From positions 2,207 to 66,206 of the forward strand of contig JAUWGW010000006.1 of NCBI GenBank assembly GCA_030606215.1: DNA of 64,000 nt. Reading direction: 5' to 3'. The number at the start of each line of letters is the position of its first letter. Position 1 is the first letter of the stretch. This document shows, one piece after another, positions 57,733 through 64,000 of this stretch. The notes under the pieces were generated by a model, which was not told the DNA's origin, did no database searches, and worked only from the letters and a program-made list of their open reading frames with translations. Source of the DNA: a bacterium. Its GTDB lineage: Bacteria; NPL-UPA2; JAUVJM01. The position numbers and the translations under genes were made by a program.

Positions 57733-58768
57733 TTTTGGCTCCCAAGACCCTGGTTATAAAGTTCTGGAATTCTTTCTCATATTTTTCAGCAGTAATATTG
57801 ATGTACGGAGCAGGAGGTAAGTCAAGACCGCTTGCCAAAAATCCAATACTGATTCCCTCCATCGCCTGACGCAGCTTTGAACTCCTCATATAATCTGACC
57901 CGGTTTTTTGAATATCGGCTAAGACATTCCACACATCTGTCAGCGCAGCGTAGAGTGAAATCCAATCAACCCAAAGCGGCTTTTTCGCATCTTCGTATTC
58001 CATTCCACAGAGAAATTCCCACCACCTTTTCTCTGGCAGCCAATACTCTATCTTCCGTTTACCTTTAATGCGCGTAAGCACTAAACCTGATTCTGCAAGT
58101 TCAATCAATGCATCCTGTGTTCCCCGAACAGACAGGCCGATTGCCTTAGCTACTTCGGAAGGATGTCCTGCGCCGTAGACTAAAAGATACAAAATACATT
58201 CAGAGCGTGAACCTATACCAAACATTGCTCTCAACAGAAAACGGATGGTGTTTCCTGCCATGACCGGTACGGGCTTCGACGTTTTCCGCACCGTAAAACT
58301 TTCGCGCAAAAATCCGTATTCTTTGAATATGTTTGATTCCGTAACCGGTTTTGGGTAGGGCTTTCCTTCTTTCGTTTTGAAAAGCATTTCGTCCTGCGTA
58401 CTTGTTTTAGCTCTATGGAGCAATGCTAAAGTCTTCCATTTACGCTGGTATGTTCCTGCCTCGCGCGACAGAAAACAAGCAACCGCGCTCATAAGTCGTT
58501 GCGTTCTTTCATCTTTCTGTTTCATAATTCCGCGCAGGCGCTGAATATCAATCCACTTTCCGTTTACAACAAGCCAGTCGAGTATCTCATCAAAGAAGCG
58601 TGGCTCGTACCGACCCATTTCCAGTGAAAAGAGAAGGAGAGCTTCCAGATCGATCGCCCATTCATGCTTTGAGCGCGCACCACCTGCTACACCCAGGGCA
58701 GACCACTGCCCCCAGAGAAAATCTAAAACTTCCTTCAGAAAGAATTCCCTAAAGTTTATCTGCGACAT
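57716..58768 (-). CDS. Hypothetical 350-aa protein with central winged-helix DNA-binding-like segment, embedded between hsdM and hsdS
   Basis: A wHTH-like segment ECILYLLVYGAGHPSEVAKAIGLSVRGTQDALIELAESGLVLTRIKGKRKIEYWL lies at about residues 200-255. No HEPN R-x4-6-H motif. Overlaps the upstream NTase gene by 20 nt. Confidence 0.5.
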   Translation of the reverse strand: MSQINFREFFLKEVLDFLWGQWSALGVAGGARSKHEWAIDLEALLLFSLEMGRYEPRFFDEILDWLVVNGKWIDIQRLRGIMKQKDERTQRLMSAVACFLSREAGTYQRKWKTLALLHRAKTSTQDEMLFKTKEGKPYPKPVTESNIFKEYGFLRESFTVRKTSKPVPVMAGNTIRFLLRAMFGIGSRSECILYLLVYGAGHPSEVAKAIGLSVRGTQDALIELAESGLVLTRIKGKRKIEYWLPEKRWWEFLCGMEYEDAKKPLWVDWISLYAALTDVWNVLADIQKTGSDYMRSSKLRQAMEGISIGFLASGLDLPPAPYINITAEKYEKEFQNFITRVLGAKSGTSR

Positions 58769-59354
58769 CTTTGTAACCTATTTCTTTAAGAAAATCCTTA
58801 AGGACTTTTCTGTAACCCTCGGAAATGTCATGTGTCATACTCCAACGAGCCGCTTTTTCTAATTCCTCTGCAATAGGTTTTAATGCAAGTAGGTCACCGT
58901 AATGAACATCACCTCTATCCCGATCTACTACAGCATAGAGCTTAAAATGAATCTGGTCATACCGGCTGAGAAAGTGAATTGTTAGATTCTTTCCATAAGT
59001 ACGGGTTTCCACCCTATCCATAAGACCGTCAGGCAATCCTAAATCCATAACAGACGCCGGTCCGGGATTAAGCCAGTTGTCGGTCAAATCAAAATCTTTC
59101 TGCACTCTCGTGGCTGCATCCTCAACTGCAGGATTCATAGGTTTGGTGGCTTTGACTAAAGTAATAGAGCCGTCACTCTTCTTATCTACAAATGCGACAA
59201 CATCCACGTCTTCGGTAACACGGCTCACGTACCCCAATATATTGAGAGCTGCCCCTCCGCACACAACCATTTCGCAGTGCATCACCCCCCGCACTTCCAG
59301 TTGCTCGGCGAGTGCTGTGAGTACAGATTCTATTTGTTGTTTGCCTTCAAACAT
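58749..59354 (-). CDS. AbiEii-like (DUF1814-type) nucleotidyltransferase-fold protein, short form; putative toxin-like NTase
   Basis: 201 aa. MVVCGGAALNILGYVSRVTEDVDVVAF fits the AbiEii/NTase-fold motif (GGTAL ... R.S.DIDh), i.e. a Gly-rich loop followed by a DxD acidic pair. It starts 3 nt after the hsdM stop. Confidence 0.5.
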   Translation of the reverse strand: MFEGKQQIESVLTALAEQLEVRGVMHCEMVVCGGAALNILGYVSRVTEDVDVVAFVDKKSDGSITLVKATKPMNPAVEDAATRVQKDFDLTDNWLNPGPASVMDLGLPDGLMDRVETRTYGKNLTIHFLSRYDQIHFKLYAVVDRDRGDVHYGDLLALKPIAEELEKAARWSMTHDISEGYRKVLKDFLKEIGYKDVADKL

Positions 59355-59356
59355 GC

Positions 59357-60844
59357 TTACACCCTATAACGCAATTCTCTTAAATAGCCTGACACCTTCC
59401 TATCAATATTTTTATATTCTTCCTTGAGTTTCTTCAGGTCATCGATAGTTTTCTGAATATCAATGTTCTCTTCTTGTTCTGTAACATCAATATATCGTGT
59501 GATGTTAAGGTTGTGGTCGTTCTCCCTTATTTCATTAATCCGTACAGGACGACAATACTTATCTATCGTGCTATATTCTCCAAAGGCTGATACAATTTTC
59601 TCAATGTCTTCTTTACGCAGCTTATTCTGCTTCTTTCCCTCTTGATAGTCGCCTGCACCGTAAAGGAAGAACGCCTTTCCTCTCCTCTCTTTAGGCTTGT
59701 CTCTGTTGATTATGAACAAGCACGCAGGAATGCCCGCGCCATAGAATAACTTAGGTGGCAAGCCTATGACGCCTTCAAGGAGGTCTTCTTCGACTATACC
59801 CTTTCTAATCTTTCCTTCTGCCCCTCCGCGGAATAAGACTCCATGCGGTAGGACAACACCGACTCTCCCTTTAGGGTTCGCAATAGCTATCATGTGCTGG
59901 ACAAATGCGTAGTCACCGTATCCCTTCGGAGGTATCCCGAACCTGAACCTTTTGTAGGGGTCATTCTGAGCATTTTCATAGCCCCAATTCTTGAGTGAAA
60001 AAGGCGGATTTGCTATTACAATATCAAATTGCATTAGTTGTCCCTTGGTGAGCAGCTTAGGTTCCCGTAAGGTATCAGCTCTCCGGATCTTTGCACTTTG
60101 TAATCCATGAAGGAGCAGATTCATCTTGCAGATTGCCCATGTCCCAACATTGATCTCCTGACCATACAGAGCAATGTTCTTAGGATTTTGCCCCTTTCCC
60201 TGTAAGTGGCACACGGATTGTATCAACATTCCACCTGAACCACACGCAGGGTCACAAATTCTCATTCCTTCTTTCGGATCCAGAATGTCTACTAATAGCT
60301 CAACAACCTCCTTGGGTGTATAGAACTCCCCTCCTTTCTTGCCAGCGCTTGAAGCAAATTGGGCGATAAGATATTCATATGCATCACCCAGGATATCGGG
60401 TTTCTCCAAATCTTCATTTCTCAACCTAATTTTGGAGAAGTGGTTGATAAGCTGGGAAAGTATATGGTCCGGCAGCCGGTCTTTATCGTTAAAGTCAACA
60501 GCAGAAAGAACGCCTTCCAGAGTTTCCGGGTTTTCTTCTTCCAAGGAGTCGTTTGCTTTGTTGATAGCTTCACCTATGTTCTGGGTCAGTGATTTAAGAT
60601 AATCCCATCGCGCCCTTTTGGGAACGAAAAAGTCGTGATAATCGCGGTCTTCATACGCAATCTTTTTGCTGCCTGTCTCATGTAGTATTCTCTCAACCTC
60701 TTCGTCAAACACGTCGGATAATCGCTTCAAAAACAAGAGCCCGAAAATGTAATTCTTGTAATCTGCGGCGTCAATATGACCCCGCAGAATGTCCGCGGAT
60801 GCCCAGAGGTGATACTTCAGGGCTTGCGAGTTTACCTTTTCCAT
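59357..60844 (-). CDS. hsdM: Type I restriction-modification DNA methyltransferase subunit (N6-adenine)
   Basis: 495 aa. N-terminal HsdM_N-like region, AdoMet motif I MRICDPACGSGGML and catalytic motif IV IVIANPPFS. AAGGAAAGG RBS. Confidence 0.9.
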   Translation of the reverse strand: MEKVNSQALKYHLWASADILRGHIDAADYKNYIFGLLFLKRLSDVFDEEVERILHETGSKKIAYEDRDYHDFFVPKRARWDYLKSLTQNIGEAINKANDSLEEENPETLEGVLSAVDFNDKDRLPDHILSQLINHFSKIRLRNEDLEKPDILGDAYEYLIAQFASSAGKKGGEFYTPKEVVELLVDILDPKEGMRICDPACGSGGMLIQSVCHLQGKGQNPKNIALYGQEINVGTWAICKMNLLLHGLQSAKIRRADTLREPKLLTKGQLMQFDIVIANPPFSLKNWGYENAQNDPYKRFRFGIPPKGYGDYAFVQHMIAIANPKGRVGVVLPHGVLFRGGAEGKIRKGIVEEDLLEGVIGLPPKLFYGAGIPACLFIINRDKPKERRGKAFFLYGAGDYQEGKKQNKLRKEDIEKIVSAFGEYSTIDKYCRPVRINEIRENDHNLNITRYIDVTEQEENIDIQKTIDDLKKLKEEYKNIDRKVSGYLRELRYRV

Positions 60845-60867
60845 GAGAGGTTCCTTTCCTTATGTGC

Positions 60868-60921
60868 TGTATATTTACTTACTACGTAAGTAAATATACA
60901 ACATGTTAGGAGAGTTGTCAA
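60868..60921 (-). promoter_or_regulatory. hsdM promoter (TTGACA-17nt-TATATT) with an overlapping perfect 15-3-15 inverted repeat (tgtatatttacttac-tac-gtaagtaaatataca), a putative operator
   Basis: On the minus strand: TTGACA (plus 60916-60921), a 17-nt spacer, TATATT (plus 60893-60898). The palindrome spans 60868-60900 and overlaps the -10 and the TSS. It ends 24 nt upstream of the hsdM ATG. Confidence 0.45.
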
Positions 60922-61313
60922 GTTTTATTTCTTATCTGTATAGTTTGACTGCACTAACAGTGAGGATAAACTATAATAAGAGGGATATTATTCGCTTTGA
61001 AAAATACCGCTCTTCTCTCTTAGGCTAATATGACCATGCGGTGTAACTATGATGTGGTCTATCGCCGTAATACCAACCGCAAGGCATGCTGAAATGATAA
61101 ACTTAATCTAAGAGATAAAAATACTTTTTCTTACATAAAACGAGCCTTTCCATAGTAAAGGTTAGTAGTGACTACCTTCTACGAAAATTGTTCTGACGAG
61201 AAAATTTCATTTACCGTCTAAGCAATTTCCGGAAAGTCCCGCGACGGTAATTATAGGGATTTGTGGATATGCATTGGATTCGGGGTCCGGGACGACCCCG
61301 ACTACCTGTGATG

Positions 61314-61403
61314 TGGCGGAGAGGCCGGGATTCGAACCCGGGGTGGAGTTGCCCCCACAACTGCTTAGCAGGCAGCTGCCTTCAACCGCTCGGCCACCTC
61401 TCC
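61314..61403 (-). tRNA. tRNA-Ser (anticodon GCU), class II with long variable arm
   Basis: Reverse complement is GGAGAGGTGGCCGAGCGGTTGAAGGCAGCTGCCTGCTAAGCAGTTGTGGGGGCAACTCCACCCCGGGTTCGAATCCCGGCCTCTCCGCCA. Perfect 7-bp acceptor stem, T-arm CCGGG-TTCGAAT-CCCGG, anticodon loop CU-GCU-AA, encoded CCA. Confidence 0.85.
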
Positions 61404-61611
61404 TGATCTGGTTACCAAGTAGGCTGTGTTATTCTCCCACATTTAACTTACGTCTGTCAAACAAAATTTATTGGAAGTGTGGGAAGTGAGTTATGGTTGG
61501 TGGCAGGATTCAGTACAGATGATTATGGAGAGGATAGCTCAGGCAATTGTTAGATTAGGCTAATAAAGGACCGATTATTGTATTTGACATAAAGCCGAAG
61601 GTAAATTTAAG

Positions 61612-61640
61612 TTGACAAAATTATATTTGTATGTTTTAAT
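61612..61640 (+). promoter_or_regulatory. Putative sigma70 promoter (TTGACA-17nt-TTTAAT) for the abiEi-like gene
   Basis: Read directly: ttgaca aaattatatttgtatgt tttaat. It lies about 30 nt upstream of the AAGGGGGG RBS and ATG 61671. Confidence 0.35.
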
Positions 61641-61670
61641 TCTTAATAGATACCTAAGGGGGGTATGTAA

Positions 61671-62450
61671 ATGGCTTCAAAAAATACTATTTTAACGGAA
61701 AAACGGCTCAAAGATATTGAGGATATTATTGCTTCTTTTGGTCGAATTGTATCCACTGACGATGTTTATAAGACTTTAGGCGGAAAATACTCAAAATTTG
61801 TCCTAAAGAAAAGGATATACGAGTTACGAGAAAAAGGGTGGCTTATCCCTTTAAAAAGGGGGCTTTATTTTATCTCGGATATTTCTTCACGTGGTTTTGT
61901 GAATATCTCGCCTTTTATCATTGCCAGTGCTTTTGATAAAAATTCTTATATTTCATTAGATTCGGCTTTAAGTTTCTATGGTCTCTTTGAGCAGATGCTA
62001 CGCACGACTTCATCTGTAACCAGCCTTAAGTCCAAAAAATACGTATTTCAGGATAACACTTATCGATATCTCAAGATAAACAAAAAACTATATTTTGGTT
62101 TTAGAACTGAAAATTTGGAAGGCTATTATGTCAAAGTAGCAGAGCTTGAAAAGGTAGTTTTGGATTACCTCTATTTTAAGAATGACACCTATTCCATAGA
62201 TTTGTTGTTAGAGAAACTACAAGAGGCAAAAGATAGGCTCGATTTTAAGAAACTCTTTAATTATGCACGAAAATTTCCCGAAACAACCAAGAGAAAATTA
62301 GGATTTATTTTAGATTTATTTAAAATAGATACCGAAGAGCTGCACAAGGATGTAGAAATGAAAGGCTATAGTAAGCTTACTCCCAATTCAAAAAAATTTA
62401 ACGCAAAATGGAGGCTTTATTATGAAGATAGATTTACTGGACAGGTCTAG
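61671..62450 (+). CDS. AbiEi-family (type IV toxin-antitoxin antitoxin-like) protein
   Basis: 259 aa. The N-terminal region ...IVSTDDVYKTLGGKYSKFVLKKRIYELREKGWLIPLKRGLYFISD fits the AbiEi_4 wHTH pattern (L..L...G.L..L.RGLY). Confidence 0.55.
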   Translation: MASKNTILTEKRLKDIEDIIASFGRIVSTDDVYKTLGGKYSKFVLKKRIYELREKGWLIPLKRGLYFISDISSRGFVNISPFIIASAFDKNSYISLDSALSFYGLFEQMLRTTSSVTSLKSKKYVFQDNTYRYLKINKKLYFGFRTENLEGYYVKVAELEKVVLDYLYFKNDTYSIDLLLEKLQEAKDRLDFKKLFNYARKFPETTKRKLGFILDLFKIDTEELHKDVEMKGYSKLTPNSKKFNAKWRLYYEDRFTGQV

Positions 62451-62571
62451 GCTTGAGATTTTAAATAAACGCGGCCCCAGATACCACTTACAGGATGCCG
62501 AAAAAGATTATTTTTTATCGGTGATTCTTAGCTCTGCTCAGAATGACGGGAGATTGTTTCCCCCGTATTAA
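62422..62571 (+). pseudogene. AbiEii-like nucleotidyltransferase toxin gene reduced to a 49-codon N-terminal stub
   Basis: ATG at 62422 overlaps the abiEi-like gene end. It encodes MKIDLLDRSRLEILNKRGPRYHLQDAEKDYFLSVILSSAQNDGRLFPPY* (AEKDYxLxxIL is the typical AbiEii N-terminus). It stops before the NTase core and runs into the convergent uvrA 3' end. Confidence 0.4.
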
Positions 62572-62599
62572 ATGCGGGGTCGCAATGACACTGTAATAG

Positions 62600-64000
62600 T
62601 CACATTTTCAGCCGCATAACTTTTCTTAAAAATTTCCCTGTGTAGGACTTGTCAACCCCGGCAACTTTTTCTGGCGTTCCTTCAGCTACAATCCAGCCGC
62701 CTTCATCCCCTCCTTCCGGGCCGAGGTCAATAATATAGTCGGCTGTTTTGATGACATCCAGATTGTGTTCAATAACGACAACAGTATTCCCTGCATCGGT
62801 AAGCCGCGCCAGCACATTCAGGAGTTTATCAATATCTGCAAAATGTAAGCCGGTTGTCGGCTCATCAAGGATGTAAAGTGTTTTCCCCGTGCTTTTCTTA
62901 CTGAGTTCTTTTGAAAGTTTCACTCTCTGCGCTTCACCTCCCGAGAGAGTTGTAGCTGATTGCCCAAGCTTTATGTAGCCCAGTCCGACATCGTAAACAG
63001 TCTGCAGTTTCTTCTTTATCTGGGGAATATTCTTGAAGAATTCAAGATTCTCCTCCACTGACATTTCAAGAACATCAGCAATATTTTTCCCTTTATAACG
63101 GATCTCAAGTGTTTCTCTGTTGTAACGCCTTCCTTTACACTCCTGGCATCTGACATAGACATCCGGGAGAAAATGCATTTCAATTTTTATGATACCACCT
63201 CCCTGGCAATTCTCGCATCTCCCCCCTTTCACATTAAAACTGAACCTGCCGGGTTTGTAACCGCGCATCCTTGCTTCAGGGACACGAGAGAGAAGCTGCC
63301 GTATGAAAGCAAATACTCCTGTATACGTAGCCGGGTTAGAGCGGGGGGTTCTCCCAATGGGGGACTGGTCTATCACTATAACCTTATCAATATGCTTAAC
63401 TCCCAGGAGACGATCGTGCTCACCGGGTTTAGCATGAGATTTGTATAAAATCTGGTTGAGGGCTTTGTGCAGGATTTCATCGATAAGTGTGCTTTTACCG
63501 GAACCTGATACTCCGGTAACACATGTAAGGACCCCTACCGGTATGCGCACATCAATATTTTTAAGATTGTTTTCCCTTGCTCCTTTTATAGTGATAAATT
63601 TAGCGCCAGTTGCTCTTCGCTTCTCGGGTATTCTAATGGAAAGTGCACCTTTTAGATATTTCCCTGTTAGAGACCTGCTGCATCTCAAAATCTCGGAGAG
63701 TTTGCCGCAGGCAACTACTTCGCCTCCACTCAACCCTGCTCCAGGTCCAAGGTCAATTATGTAGTCTGCACTGCGGATTGTCGTCTCATCATGTTCCACG
63801 ACAATAACTGTGTTTCCCAGATCCCTCAATTGACGCAGAGTCTTGAGGAGCCTGCGGTTATCTCGCTGATGAAGACCAATACTCGGCTCATCCAGTATGT
63901 AGAGAACTCCCGCAAGTCCTGAACCAATCTGTGTTGCCAGGCGAATACGTTCTGCTTCACCTCCGGAAAGTGTTCCTGCGGCTCTATCCAGCGTCAGATA
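62600..64000 (-). CDS. uvrA: Excinuclease ABC subunit A, C-terminal ~465 aa; 5' part lies beyond the window edge
   Basis: The minus frame is open to the window end. Zn-finger CxxC pairs (CENCQGGG...CQECKGRRY), Walker [11 protein letters not shown] and the ABC signature [12 protein letters not shown] are present. The revcomp of 63830-64000 continues ...[16 protein letters not shown]... The track's 63829 is an internal Met. Confidence 0.9.
   Translation of the reverse strand, partial: YLTLDRAAGTLSGGEAERIRLATQIGSGLAGVLYILDEPSIGLHQRDNRRLLKTLRQLRDLGNTVIVVEHDETTIRSADYIIDLGPGAGLSGGEVVACGKLSEILRCSRSLTGKYLKGALSIRIPEKRRATGAKFITIKGARENNLKNIDVRIPVGVLTCVTGVSGSGKSTLIDEILHKALNQILYKSHAKPGEHDRLLGVKHIDKVIVIDQSPIGRTPRSNPATYTGVFAFIRQLLSRVPEARMRGYKPGRFSFNVKGGRCENCQGGGIIKIEMHFLPDVYVRCQECKGRRYNRETLEIRYKGKNIADVLEMSVEENLEFFKNIPQIKKKLQTVYDVGLGYIKLGQSATTLSGGEAQRVKLSKELSKKSTGKTLYILDEPTTGLHFADIDKLLNVLARLTDAGNTVVVIEHNLDVIKTADYIIDLGPEGGDEGGWIVAEGTPEKVAGVDKSYTGKFLRKVMRLKM

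Noticed and set aside
61274-61489. 71-aa plus-strand ORF overlapping the tRNA-Ser gene
   Set aside because: It overlaps a well-folded tRNA on the opposite strand and has no RBS. Spurious.

Overview
This is a 64-kb window from a low-GC (about 40-45%) bacterium. It uses GGAGG-type ribosome-binding sites, and most adjacent genes overlap by 1-4 nt. Two prepilin-type H-X9-DG (DUF1559-like) proteins point to a PVC-superphylum or Omnitrophota-like lineage.

Layout:
(1) 1-9.5 kb: one plus-strand operon with two paralogous copies of an MttB-superfamily protein plus a Gfo/Idh/MocA-like protein that lacks the GxGxxG loop. These flank a TPP-dependent E1 alpha/beta pair and a class-III aminotransferase. 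I read this as a candidate undescribed amine or quaternary-amine catabolic system.
(2) 9.6-18.4 kb: a GC-richer carbohydrate block with a secreted LamG-domain giant protein, an orphan ABC substrate-binding lipoprotein, a DUF3604/PHP-like hydrolase, a URO-D-family protein, a NagB-like protein and a PIG-L deacetylase. A diverged duplicate of the panC 3' end flanks the last two genes.
(3) 18.4-32.6 kb: a 15-gene minus-strand supraoperon, argJ-argB-argD-argF-argG-argH-lysA-dapF-dapA-dapB-dapL-folK-bfn-M48 peptidase-panC. argC is absent. rplM-rpsI follow.
(4) 33.5-46.9 kb: O-antigen-ligase/TPR fusion, a second H-X9-DG protein, translationally coupled leuC-leuD-icd, an AsmA-like protein, YjbQ, three-subunit 2-oxoacid:ferredoxin oxidoreductase, a 691-aa polytopic membrane protein and an MFS transporter.
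(5) 47-62.6 kb: accessory/defence region. It holds a PIN toxin with an overlapping downstream small ORF, a frameshifted tyrosine-integrase relic, a macro-domain protein, rhomboid, ExbB/ExbD/TPR, a DUF4143 ATPase and a Type I R-M locus. In that locus hsdM and a single-TRD hsdS are separated by an embedded AbiEii-like nucleotidyltransferase plus a 350-aa wHTH protein, and there is no hsdR. Next come tRNA-Ser(GCU), an intact AbiEi with a 49-codon AbiEii stub, and the 5'-truncated uvrA.

I also report a small REP-like palindromic repeat family with compensatory stem changes, and a near-consensus hsdM promoter overlapped by a perfect 15-3-15 palindrome.
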